Shown here: positions 8,949 to 18,426 of the stretch, in pieces
Position numbering within the stretch: the stretch's first letter is position 1
Layout of the letters: each line of letters starts with the position of its first letter
NCBI GenBank assembly: GCA_018703155.1
Contig: JABJGS010000074.1
Span: 11,878 to 75,877 of the forward strand
DNA from: Francisellaceae bacterium
GTDB lineage: Bacteria; Pseudomonadota; Gammaproteobacteria; UBA6186; Azoamicaceae
Direction: 5' to 3'
Length of the DNA stretch: 64,000 nt
The notes under the pieces: generated by a model
The model's input: only the letters and a program-made list of their open reading frames with translations
What the model was told of the DNA's origin: nothing
Databases searched by the model: none
Translations under genes and position numbers: made by a program

Positions 8949-9587
8949 ATGACGCATGGAACAAACCATCATGAAAATTTTATCAAGTTATGTTTTTATC
9001 GTAGCTTGTCTCATATTCCACGACTAAATGTAGGGATATATGATTTACATTGTCATCATGGACTAACGTTAGAACTTCAAGGTAATGTTGATGATGCAGC
9101 ATATTATTATAAACTAGGCAGTGCAGACTCCCTCGATGCCGAATTTCATTATGGTAGATGCTCAACACAGAATGAATCTGATATTCCAAATGAAATTTCA
9201 ATGGCATTAATGCAAAGAGCAGCTTTTAATGGTTCTAGATGTGGGCAGCTATACCTAGGAACTCAGTTATTAACAATTGATTCAGTAATGGCAGAATATT
9301 GGCTGGAAAAAGCAGCACAAGTTTTTCCTGAAGCTAATATTCCTTATGCCTCGGCATTAATACGTAACCATAAATTGGTTCCTGCAAAACAAGTTTTGAT
9401 GGCACACACACGCGAAGATCCAAACGCTGTTCTTGATTTTATACAAAGTTTAAGATCTTCATTACCGATGTCTCAACCAAATAATAATAATGTTTTTATG
9501 TTTACAAATTGGGTTAAACCTGAGTTAAGTACAGATGACTCAGTAACTATTCATAATAATAATAATTCTAGATTGTTAGTAACATAA
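8949..9587 (+). CDS. Sel1-like repeat protein (hypothetical)
   Basis: It has degenerate Sel1/TPR-like units (AAYYYKLGSA..., MQRAAFNGSRCGQLYLGTQLL, AEYWLEKAAQ). The start is set at the first ATG; the TTG at 8895 would overlap the divergent SDR start. Confidence 0.45.
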   Translation: MTHGTNHHENFIKLCFYRSLSHIPRLNVGIYDLHCHHGLTLELQGNVDDAAYYYKLGSADSLDAEFHYGRCSTQNESDIPNEISMALMQRAAFNGSRCGQLYLGTQLLTIDSVMAEYWLEKAAQVFPEANIPYASALIRNHKLVPAKQVLMAHTREDPNAVLDFIQSLRSSLPMSQPNNNNVFMFTNWVKPELSTDDSVTIHNNNNSRLLVT

Positions 9588-9677
9588 TATTTTCCATTAC
9601 ATGAATTCCAGCGTATACATGGCTTATTGTTTATTTAGGGTATGTTGTTAAATATTTTTTATAGAGAGCAAAAGAAT

Positions 9678-10115
9678 ATGAATGCACAATATATAGTAAT
9701 ATTAATTTCTCTATTAGTATTGAATGCTTGTGGACCAGTTTATGAAATCCAGTATGTTTATAAACCACCTCAAAATGATTTTGGTGTTAAGTGTATTAAA
9801 AATTGTGCGAACCAAAAAATATTTTGCAAAAATGAGGCAAATAAGGATTTATCAATATGCAAAATGCATGAAGATAGTATTGGCTTAGAAAAATATAATG
9901 ATTATTTTCAAGATGTGATTTCTCGTGGAGTAACACCACATTCAGATACTAATAAAAAAACTTTCACAAATTACAGCATATGTGAGAGTAAATATGAGGC
10001 TAGTAACTGCAGTCAAGAATTTAGAAACTGCTATCTAGTCTGTGAAGGTCAAATTGAAACTAAAGCTGTTTGTGTTGGCAACTGTGATAAAACCGATATT
10101 GTTGACACTATTTAA
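9678..10115 (+). CDS. Cysteine-rich lipoprotein (hypothetical)
   Basis: It has a signal peptide with a lipobox (LLVLNAC) and about 11 further cysteines in ~120 mature residues. Confidence 0.55.
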   Translation: MNAQYIVILISLLVLNACGPVYEIQYVYKPPQNDFGVKCIKNCANQKIFCKNEANKDLSICKMHEDSIGLEKYNDYFQDVISRGVTPHSDTNKKTFTNYSICESKYEASNCSQEFRNCYLVCEGQIETKAVCVGNCDKTDIVDTI

Positions 10116-11433
10116 TGCTCATGATTATGACTATCACTTTGAACAGTTAGAACAAATAATAGGTATTTTAAAAACAAGGTTTGATGAGCCATGGTTAGAT
10201 CTTCTTCATACGAGAATGTTGATTAAACAAAATAAATTAGATATTGCATTGAGGTTTATAAATAGAGTGAAAAATGATCATGAAATTGGTAGTGATCTTT
10301 ATTTACAGGAAGCTGAAATATTGGCATCTGAAAATAAGCATGCTGAAGCCGTGAGTGTATTAGATCAAATGCTTATGAAAAAGAGAATTAAAGATATCGT
10401 AATTTATCAAAAAGCTATAGATATTCCTCTAGATACTCAAGAAGGTGAAAATATTTTACGATATTTACAGCCTGTATGTGAGCTAGGTGTTAATTCAAAT
10501 TTAAGAAGAAAATCAGATTATTTGAAATTTCAGGAGCTATCTATAGATGAATGGCATGATTCTAAAAATATACAAATCAATGAGCTTAATGATTTTGAAA
10601 AAATACTAGGATATTTAGAATGTCTCTTTGATGAAAAAATAGAAACCTCAGTAATCGTAGAAATATTTAAAGCAGGTCTTTCCTTAATTCGTAAACGCAC
10701 GAATGAAGCTGTTAAACATGCTAATTCAGCATTTGATACACTTAATGATAATGATATCCATCTTTGCTTAAATAGTTTGAAAATTTTAAAAAAAGTTTTT
10801 GTTGCTGGTGAATGTAAAGAGCAAATGCAAGCTTTAGATAATTATTCAATGGGTGCTAATAAAAATGATAATGAAATAGTACTTAAAATAAATCAACATT
10901 ATATTTCAGATAAATCAGTGCAACTATCCTCTATAGCTAAAGAAAGCATAATAATAGTTATGTATAATAAACAGAAAAAAGTTGCAGCTATGTTGTGTCT
11001 GTTACGTCCAGGAAGTGTTTCCTTGCGTAAAAGTGTGAAATATTTTAATAATATTATTTCACAGATGATTAATGAATTGTTAAGTTACAAAATAGAAAAA
11101 AATGACATTGAGCTATCAGTTTACGCCGGAGATTTATATAATCATAAAGGTGTAAATGATACTAAAGTATCCTCTCTTGATCAGCTACTAAAGGTATTTT
11201 CACAACTAAATGTGATACCAAGTAGCACTAATATTTCAAAACATACACATATATCCATCTCTATCGGGGTGATGAATGGGATTGTAACTGTAAATGAAGT
11301 AATTGATACTAACTCTGTTGCTTTGATAGATAGTAATGAAGCATTAATTAGTGCTGACGTTGACTTTATTGTTGACCAGATCGATGAAAATGAAGAGGAG
11401 AATGATTCAGCCTCTAATGTGGATTCAGGTTGA
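10042..11433 (+). CDS. Hypothetical protein, helical-repeat N-terminal part; start uncertain
   Basis: It is a long open frame in a stop-rich AT genome with no recognisable catalytic motif. The only upstream in-frame start is GTG 10042, which overlaps the preceding ORF. Confidence 0.5.
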   Translation: MKVKLKLKLFVLATVIKPILLTLFNAHDYDYHFEQLEQIIGILKTRFDEPWLDLLHTRMLIKQNKLDIALRFINRVKNDHEIGSDLYLQEAEILASENKHAEAVSVLDQMLMKKRIKDIVIYQKAIDIPLDTQEGENILRYLQPVCELGVNSNLRRKSDYLKFQELSIDEWHDSKNIQINELNDFEKILGYLECLFDEKIETSVIVEIFKAGLSLIRKRTNEAVKHANSAFDTLNDNDIHLCLNSLKILKKVFVAGECKEQMQALDNYSMGANKNDNEIVLKINQHYISDKSVQLSSIAKESIIIVMYNKQKKVAAMLCLLRPGSVSLRKSVKYFNNIISQMINELLSYKIEKNDIELSVYAGDLYNHKGVNDTKVSSLDQLLKVFSQLNVIPSSTNISKHTHISISIGVMNGIVTVNEVIDTNSVALIDSNEALISADVDFIVDQIDENEEENDSASNVDSG

Positions 11434-13141
11434 TAACTTCCTTGTTGGTGTCCCTTTGTTTAATATTTTTTAGAATATAGGAAACTTCTTCCTTAAGTTT
11501 TGCTAAGTTATATGTTCTTCCTTTAAATCTGATGTTATCTATAGTATTTATTACCTCTGTTAAAGCCTCCATGTTTGTGTGGCTTGAGGCAAGATATTGT
11601 GGAATAAGTTTTAGTGCTGTATTCTTCTGGATTCCATAATTATCTATAAAATAATTGCTAAGATATTTTGCTAGTAGTTTCGGGTCATTAATATCATTAA
11701 TGTGTACTTCGTTGCTGTATGATGTTGAGCTTTCAATTTTATATTTAGGAAGTTTAAAATGGTTTTTTCTACTAATTGTATAGATGAAAATTGTTATTAA
11801 AAAAACTAATAGAACTATTGCTGTTATTAACAGTATCTGAGTAAGGTTAAGATCATTTATGACAGGTGAGACGGTTTCATTATTGATATCTGAAGTCTTC
11901 GTTGGTTCAATTGGTATTACTGGCAAAATATCGAAGGTTGTATATTTTAATTTATAATTTTCAGCTTTATGAGCGACGGTATTCCACCATGGTATTGATA
12001 TCTGTGGAAACGTTATTTGCCCATGTTTAGTAGGTATTATAGTATATGTATGCTTTACTGTTGCTATTATATCATTGCCCTTATATTCTTGCTCAGCAGT
12101 AGTTTTATCTGCGTAAACTTTGTATTCATCATTGGTTAGCATTAATGCATCATGTGGTAAATTTGTAGATAAGGTACCTTTTCCTGTAATAGTTATAGTT
12201 CGAGTTATTGGATCACCGGCTTTAATTTGAGGCATATGATCTAGAGCATCGGTTATTGTAATTTCCTCCGCTGGTAACCAAGAGTTTAAACTATTAGATT
12301 TATGATCAGATATGTTGACATCAAATGTTGGGCTGAAGCTTGCAAATGGTTTTAAGTCATCAAACTGTGATCTGAAAATGCTAGAATTAAATGCAGCGAA
12401 TGGGTCGCTTGATGGGTTGTTATTACTTGTACGTTCATAGCCATTTACTGTATATAAAGGAAAGGTAAGTTGCCCTGATTTATTTGCTACCATTAGATAT
12501 TTTATTTTAGTTATTCGTCGTTGATTACCATTACTATCAGTTTTAATTGCAGCTAATGGCCCATCAATTTGCTCAATACTATATTCAGATGATTTGCTTT
12601 CATCAAGTTGCAAATTTGCTGTTGGACGTTTTTCATCAAGTTCAAGATCAAATATAATTGGTTGTTTAATATAAAATCTATCAGAAGGTTTTATTATTTT
12701 CAGGTTAAGTTCTAGAGCAGGTCCATTATGAGGATTGTTAATTGAATTGGATGTATCTGCCGGTATCACTTTAAGAATAATGCTATCTGTTCTTAACATT
12801 CCTGTTGTGGTTTCTATTTTAAAGCTTGGGATAGTAATTTGGCCATGTATTTTAGGTGTTAGTGTATATTGCCATGCAATAGAGCTAGTTTTTTTCCATT
12901 GAATGCTTTGAATACTCGAGAAAGTTTGTTTGCCAATGATATTAAAATTATCTTTTATTAAATTAATATCAGGTTCAGCTTTAGCGGTTGCATCAGTTAA
13001 AGTTAAGGTTAATATCACACTACTATTAGTATCAATCTGGATTTCACTTACTTCAGCTATAAATGATTTCGCGAAACAACATATAGGAAACAATATAAAA
13101 ATAAACAGTAGATATTTAACTCTCATTGGTGTTTTCTCCAA
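11414..13141 (-). CDS. BatD family protein (oxygen-tolerance/Bat operon)
   Basis: It has a signal peptide, a long beta-rich ectodomain and a single C-proximal TM helix (LLITAIVLLVFLITIFIY). It is last in the MoxR-DUF58-VWA operon. Confidence 0.7.
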   Translation of the reverse strand: MEKTPMRVKYLLFIFILFPICCFAKSFIAEVSEIQIDTNSSVILTLTLTDATAKAEPDINLIKDNFNIIGKQTFSSIQSIQWKKTSSIAWQYTLTPKIHGQITIPSFKIETTTGMLRTDSIILKVIPADTSNSINNPHNGPALELNLKIIKPSDRFYIKQPIIFDLELDEKRPTANLQLDESKSSEYSIEQIDGPLAAIKTDSNGNQRRITKIKYLMVANKSGQLTFPLYTVNGYERTSNNNPSSDPFAAFNSSIFRSQFDDLKPFASFSPTFDVNISDHKSNSLNSWLPAEEITITDALDHMPQIKAGDPITRTITITGKGTLSTNLPHDALMLTNDEYKVYADKTTAEQEYKGNDIIATVKHTYTIIPTKHGQITFPQISIPWWNTVAHKAENYKLKYTTFDILPVIPIEPTKTSDINNETVSPVINDLNLTQILLITAIVLLVFLITIFIYTISRKNHFKLPKYKIESSTSYSNEVHINDINDPKLLAKYLSNYFIDNYGIQKNTALKLIPQYLASSHTNMEALTEVINTIDNIRFKGRTYNLAKLKEEVSYILKNIKQRDTNKEVINLNPH

Positions 13142-15003
13142 TACTCTTTTCGCTCAATAGCGAATTTCCTTTTCATGAATTCATGCAAATCACTACTTCT
13201 TTGAACTTCCTTTAATAGTCTGTTTTCATGATCACGTAGATTATCGCTCTCAGATTTAGATGAGTCCATTACTTTTTGTTGCTCATAATCTATGCCATCT
13301 TGGTTTTTATCGTCTTGTGATGATGGCGGTATAGATTTGTCCTCTATTTGATTTTCTTTATTTTGTTCAGGTTCTGACTTTTCTGTCTGTTCTTGGCTTT
13401 GATCCTGTTCTTGGTTTTGTTCTTGGCTTTGATTCTGTTCTTGGTTTTGTTCTTGGCTTTGATTCTGTTCTTGGTTTTGTTCTTGATTTTCATTCTGTTC
13501 TTGATTTTGATTCTGTTCTTGATTTTGATTCTGTTCTTGATTTTGATTCTGTTCCTGTTCCTGTTCCTGTTCCTGTTCCTGTTCCTGTTCCTGTTCCTGT
13601 TCCTGTTTTTCCTTCTGTTCTTGCTTTTGTTGTTCTTTTAAAAGTTTTTTGGCAATTTCCAGGTTATGTTTTGCGTTACTATGATTTGGAAATGTACTTA
13701 AGATATTATTATAGTTATCAATAGCTTGGGCATATTTATTCAATTGCATGTTAGTATTACCAAGGTTGTATATGGCGTCAAAAACAACAGCGTCTCTAGT
13801 TACATGGGAAAAATGAGTTGCAGCATTAATGAAGTCATTTGCTCTATAGGCTGCCACACCTTTCCTGTATTCATCAGTAAATAGTTGGTATGAATCTTGG
13901 TATTGTTCACGATCGTACATTTGTAGGGCGCGTTGTTCATTATTTTTGAATAGCTCTAAATTATCAGCTATGGATGGGCTAGGGTATGAATAAGTACAAA
14001 TGAAAATAGTAAGTGATAGTAACAGCCTAGGATAAAATAAGCATAGCATGCATAGGGGTATTAAAAACCAATAGAAGGTATCTTGCCAGGATTCAAAACT
14101 ATTTTCATTTATGGATTTATTTCCATGAAGAATATCTTGAGCAAGTCTTGTTATGCTTTTACCCAGATTATCTAAAATAAAATATTGTCCTCCAGTTTTT
14201 TGGGAAATATTTCTAAGAACCTCGGTATTAAGTTTTGATATTTCAATATCACCAGTATTAGTTTTATAAAGTTCACCTGCTACTTTATATGGAGCTCCTG
14301 AGGTGGTTCCTATAGCCATAGAATTTATTTTTATATCTTTATCTATATTATTTAATTCTTGATAGGCTTGAGGGGTGTCATCGAAATTGCCATCGCTTAA
14401 TATAATAATGTTGCTTATAGTTCCACTACTATATTCTGCTAGCATGCTATGAGCCATTTTTAGTGCTGGTGCTAGTTTACAGGTATTAGAATCGACAAGA
14501 TTAGAATCTAGAGTTGGTAGAATGTGATTAAGAGTTATTTTATCTGCAGTGATTGGAGTAATGATATGTGGTGTTTTTTCTATACCGATGATTCCAATTT
14601 CAAGAGTACTTGATTGATTTACAAAATCTATTGCTGCTTGTTTAGCTCTAGTTAATCTATTCGGAGTAATATCAGTAGCATTCATTGAGGCACACATATC
14701 TATCATGATGATGTTAGCCTGTTGTTTTGTATAAAACTTGGTTGTGCCCTTATACCACTTAGGATTAGCTAAGCAAACAATTGTTAGAGTAATCACTGTG
14801 GAGATTATTAATAATTGTTTCATGATATTTATAGCTTTAGTGCTAGAAAGTAAATGAGAGACTAGTTTAGGATCAATATACTTACCAATACTTGAATGAC
14901 TAGTTTTGCTATATCTAAAGGCTATTAAAATAGTAACTGGTAAAAGTAACAATAACCAGAACCAATTATAATTTTGAAAATGAATTTCGGAAAAATTGAA
15001 CAT
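13123..15003 (-). CDS. VWA domain protein fused to TPR repeats (BatB + BatC-like) with Q/E/N-repeat region
   Basis: It has two N-terminal TM helices, a VWA/MIDAS block (IIMIDMCASMNATD), TPR-like units (AIYNLGNTNMQLNKYAQAIDNYNNIL) and then ~110 aa of QEQ/NQEQ repeats. Confidence 0.8.
   Translation of the reverse strand: MFNFSEIHFQNYNWFWLLLLLPVTILIAFRYSKTSHSSIGKYIDPKLVSHLLSSTKAINIMKQLLIISTVITLTIVCLANPKWYKGTTKFYTKQQANIIMIDMCASMNATDITPNRLTRAKQAAIDFVNQSSTLEIGIIGIEKTPHIITPITADKITLNHILPTLDSNLVDSNTCKLAPALKMAHSMLAEYSSGTISNIIILSDGNFDDTPQAYQELNNIDKDIKINSMAIGTTSGAPYKVAGELYKTNTGDIEISKLNTEVLRNISQKTGGQYFILDNLGKSITRLAQDILHGNKSINENSFESWQDTFYWFLIPLCMLCLFYPRLLLSLTIFICTYSYPSPSIADNLELFKNNEQRALQMYDREQYQDSYQLFTDEYRKGVAAYRANDFINAATHFSHVTRDAVVFDAIYNLGNTNMQLNKYAQAIDNYNNILSTFPNHSNAKHNLEIAKKLLKEQQKQEQKEKQEQEQEQEQEQEQEQEQEQNQNQEQNQNQEQNQNQEQNENQEQNQEQNQSQEQNQEQNQSQEQNQEQDQSQEQTEKSEPEQNKENQIEDKSIPPSSQDDKNQDGIDYEQQKVMDSSKSESDNLRDHENRLLKEVQRSSDLHEFMKRKFAIERKEYWRKHQ
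13385..13625. repeat. Nested microsatellite/minisatellite (CTGTTC hexamers, 18-mers and ~30-mers) inside the batB-like gene
   Basis: (cctgtt)n runs from about 13549 to 13606, and ttgattttgattctgttc and ttggctttgattctgttcttggttttgttc units occur upstream. These encode the EQEQEQ / NQNQEQ / SQEQNQEQNQ tracts. Confidence 0.9.
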
Positions 15004-15994
15004 GAGTTTTACTTATTAAATTAAACATTATTAAAAACAAAAATAAACTTAAAGGCCAGTAATGCAGGGAGGTATAACTAACGAAGGTATCATTAAAAGC
15101 AGGAGATTTTTCTAATTCATTAATATGCTTATATATAGCTTCTAATTCTTTTAAAGTTTTCGCCCTTGCATATATGCCTTGAGTTATATTGGCTATTTCA
15201 CTTAAGGTTTCTTCATCTATAGGCATTTGGCCCATAATAATTTGCCCTGAGTCTAAAGGAATTGGAACTAAACCATTTTTACCAATACCTATGGTATAGA
15301 TACGTATAGAATTGTTTTTAGATATTCGTGCAGCCTGTATTGGCTTAATGGAACTAGCATTATCTACACCGTCAGTTAGTAAAATAATAATTTTATTCTT
15401 GCTAGTTGAGTTTTGTAAGGCCGAGGTACTAATGGCAATGGCATCGCCAATAGCTGTAGACTCTCCCGCCATGCCAATGCGCATATCAGTTAACATCTGT
15501 TCGATAGCTTTATGGTTAAAAGTAAGTGGTGAGTATAAGAATGCCTCCTCAGCAAATACGACCATGCCTATTCTATCCCCAGGCCTTTTAGTTACAAAAT
15601 GATTAGCAAGCACACCGCGCACAGCTTCAAGACGATTGATGGTTTGTTTTTTATTTGAGTAATCTAGAGCAGACATTGAGCTGGATAAATCTACAGCCAG
15701 GATGATATCATACCCATCCTGCAAAATAGTAATGTTTTTATCGATAGTCACAGGCCTAGCTATTGCGATAACTAAAAGGGCCCATGGAAGAACAGACATA
15801 AAGGAGCGGGATGATCTGATAGTTGCTGGGAGATGGTTTTTATAATGTTTTGCTATTCGTTCAGTAAGGGAAAAGCGTAGCGTAGGGATGCTCCACTGCA
15901 GAGTTGAGGTAAACCTTGCAACAATAAGAGGTAGAGGTAATAGTAAAAAGGCATAAGGCCATAAAAATATAATATTACTCAGTTCTTTAACCAT
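14966..15994 (-). CDS. VWA domain protein BatA
   Basis: It has an N-terminal FLWPYAFLLLPLPL motif, a VWA/MIDAS block (ILAVDLSSSM) and a C-terminal TM helix. It overlaps both neighbours. Confidence 0.8.
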   Translation of the reverse strand: MVKELSNIIFLWPYAFLLLPLPLIVARFTSTLQWSIPTLRFSLTERIAKHYKNHLPATIRSSRSFMSVLPWALLVIAIARPVTIDKNITILQDGYDIILAVDLSSSMSALDYSNKKQTINRLEAVRGVLANHFVTKRPGDRIGMVVFAEEAFLYSPLTFNHKAIEQMLTDMRIGMAGESTAIGDAIAISTSALQNSTSKNKIIILLTDGVDNASSIKPIQAARISKNNSIRIYTIGIGKNGLVPIPLDSGQIIMGQMPIDEETLSEIANITQGIYARAKTLKELEAIYKHINELEKSPAFNDTFVSYTSLHYWPLSLFLFLIMFNLISKTHVQFFRNSFSKL

Positions 15995-16455
15995 ACTTTC
16001 AATGCATTTATCATTTGTAAAATTTCATTATTACTGTCCTTACATAAGTGTGGGCTATATGCTAGGTCTAGTAATAGCGTTTCATGTTGGCCCCAATTGT
16101 AGTTCTTGGGATCATGTTCGTTTAACCACTTAATCCAGTCTTGTCCTGTTAATGCTGCACAATCAGCCCGGCTATAGATACGAATATTTAATAATCTAAT
16201 ATATTTAGAGATAAAACTAATTTGTTCACTTGTTGGCTGTATGCTAATAGAGCATTCAAGTTCTTCAAGTTTATTATATATGGTATTGCGCCAACTTTTT
16301 TTAAAAATCATATATTTATTAGCTTTATAAGCAAGGTACCCAAGAATTAAAACTATACCTGCAATAACAAGCCACCATCCTGTAGCTAATGGCCACCATG
16401 ATATTAAATCGATATCAGCAATATCTTTTAATTCTGTAAGGTGCTTATTTGTCAT
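15979..16455 (-). CDS. DUF4381-like small membrane protein
   Basis: It has the WWPLATGWWLVIAGIVLILG motif and the characteristic position between the DUF58 and BatA genes. Confidence 0.65.
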   Translation of the reverse strand: MTNKHLTELKDIADIDLISWWPLATGWWLVIAGIVLILGYLAYKANKYMIFKKSWRNTIYNKLEELECSISIQPTSEQISFISKYIRLLNIRIYSRADCAALTGQDWIKWLNEHDPKNYNWGQHETLLLDLAYSPHLCKDSNNEILQMINALKVWLKN

Positions 16456-16476
16456 ATCTTCGTAATTAATAGCATT

Positions 16477-17364
16477 TTATTTAATCCTGCTCAAGTATTT
16501 TTTAATACTCAAGATTACATCTTTGTTTGTAGTCAAACTAAGGCGGTTGATATTGCGGCTTCTGCATTTTTGCGTTAATTCTGAGTCTATTTTGAGCCAT
16601 TCATTTTGATAATCTTGATTGAGGTTTTTTGATACACTTTTTATATGTAGATGCCCTTTTTTTTGTTGCAAATTAATACCTTGTAGCGATGGCAAATTAA
16701 TATCTGCAGGGTCCTGAATATCAACAATATGGCAGCATGATTTTTGGCTAAGTAATAAAATATTTTTCAATACAGCATCATCAAAAGAATAAGTATCACT
16801 AATAAAAAAAATAATGTTGCTAGATTTTAATAAATGTATATTGTCACTGATTGATTGAGATAAAGTGATAGTGTCAGTTGTGTTATAGTCGATAGGTGTT
16901 GCAATAGTCTTTAGGAGTCTTAGAAAGTAGCCCTCTGCTTTTGTTGGTCCTTGCCAGGTAGAAGTATTGCTGTGTCCAAAAAGAAGTGCCGACACCCTGT
17001 TATCATTAGAAAGAGCACTAAAGCCCAGGTAAGAAAAAGCATGCGCTGCAATTATTGACCTAAATGTAGTTTGAGTGCCAAATTGCATTTGAACATTTAA
17101 GTCAATAACCAATGTTATAATATTATCTGATTGTGCTTGATAAATTTTTGAGTGAGGTTTATCTGTTCTGGCCGTAACTTTCCAGTCAATGTGACGGATA
17201 TCATCACCATATTCATATGGTCTTACCTTGGCAAACTCCATACCTTGGCCAAATAAGTGTGATTGTGCTCCGCCATAGAAAATATTATTTGTATTTTTAT
17301 TTTTTAAAGTACGCCTACTATGGCCTCTAAATTTCACTAAATCAGTAAAGCTTGCGAATAACAT
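16477..17364 (-). CDS. DUF58 domain protein (MoxR partner)
   Basis: It has the DUF58 hallmark (VRPYEYGDDIRHIDWKVTARTDKPHSKIY) and lies immediately downstream of moxR. Confidence 0.8.
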   Translation of the reverse strand: MLFASFTDLVKFRGHSRRTLKNKNTNNIFYGGAQSHLFGQGMEFAKVRPYEYGDDIRHIDWKVTARTDKPHSKIYQAQSDNIITLVIDLNVQMQFGTQTTFRSIIAAHAFSYLGFSALSNDNRVSALLFGHSNTSTWQGPTKAEGYFLRLLKTIATPIDYNTTDTITLSQSISDNIHLLKSSNIIFFISDTYSFDDAVLKNILLLSQKSCCHIVDIQDPADINLPSLQGINLQQKKGHLHIKSVSKNLNQDYQNEWLKIDSELTQKCRSRNINRLSLTTNKDVILSIKKYLSRIK

Positions 17365-17377
17365 TGTGGAAGCTCGC

Positions 17378-18340
17378 TTAAGGGATAGCTACATGGGTTA
17401 GGATTTTGCTCACAATATCTTGCTTGCTTATACCACTAGCTTCTGCTTCAAAGCTAGGAATAATTCGGTGTCGTAATATGTTTGGGGCAATGACTTGAAT
17501 GTTTGCTGGTGAAACATAGTCTTGACCTTGAAGCCAAGCATTGGCTTTTGCTGCTTTAACTAGGGCTAGAGTAGCTCTCGGGGATGCTCCAAACCTGAGT
17601 AAATCTTTTAGTTCATCTGTATATTGTTCTGGGTGTCTAGTGGCCTGAACTAGTGAAACAATATATTCTTTTAAACTTTCATCTATATAGATTTTATCAA
17701 TTAGCTTTTGCGCTGATAATACCGTATCTGAAGTTAATAATGCCGGTACAATTGTAGTCACATTTTTTTCATGTAAATTTAGAATTTCTAATTCATCTTT
17801 TGACGATGGGTAGTCAACCCATATTTGCATAAGAAATCTATCTAGTTGTGCCTCAGGTAGCGGATAAGTTCCTTCTTGTTCTATGGGATTTTGTGTTGCA
17901 ATAACCATGAATAACTCTTCAAGTTTGTAGGTGCTATTGCCAACAGTAACTTGTTTTTCTTCCATAGATTCTAGAAGAGCAGATTGTACCTTTGCTGGTG
18001 CTCGGTTAATTTCATCAGCCAAAACAATATTTTGAAATATAGGACCTTGGCGGAAAGAAAATTTTCCTTCCTGATGAATGAATATATCAGAACCGATTAA
18101 ATCTGATGGCAACAAATCAGGGGTAAATTGGATTCGATGAAATTTGCTATGTATGCTGTTAGCCAATAACTTAGCAGCCGTAGTTTTAGCAAGGCCAGGA
18201 GCACCTTCAATAAGAGCGTGACCTTTGCATAATAAGCAAGTAAAAAGATTTTCAATAAGTTGGCGTTGGCCAATAACCCGTTTGCATATCTGGGTTATAG
18301 CTAAGTTGATTTGCTCATGTTCTTTCTCAAATAACATCAA
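17378..18340 (-). CDS. MoxR family AAA+ ATPase
   Basis: It has Walker A (GAPGLAKT), Walker B (VLADEINRA), and MoxR blocks (ATQNPIEQEGTYPLPEAQLDRF, GASPRA). Confidence 0.92.
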   Translation of the reverse strand: MMLFEKEHEQINLAITQICKRVIGQRQLIENLFTCLLCKGHALIEGAPGLAKTTAAKLLANSIHSKFHRIQFTPDLLPSDLIGSDIFIHQEGKFSFRQGPIFQNIVLADEINRAPAKVQSALLESMEEKQVTVGNSTYKLEELFMVIATQNPIEQEGTYPLPEAQLDRFLMQIWVDYPSSKDELEILNLHEKNVTTIVPALLTSDTVLSAQKLIDKIYIDESLKEYIVSLVQATRHPEQYTDELKDLLRFGASPRATLALVKAAKANAWLQGQDYVSPANIQVIAPNILRHRIIPSFEAEASGISKQDIVSKILTHVAIP

Positions 18341-18426
18341 TGCCTCTCACACATAGTGATTTTCATGCCCATACTCTAGAGCAAACATGAAGAAACTGTC
18401 AAGGAGTCTATACAAAACAAGTATCT

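Noticed and set aside
13393-13641. 82-aa plus-strand ORF made of L/F repeats
   Set aside because: It is the antisense of the Q/E/N microsatellite in the batB-like gene and is not credible as a protein.
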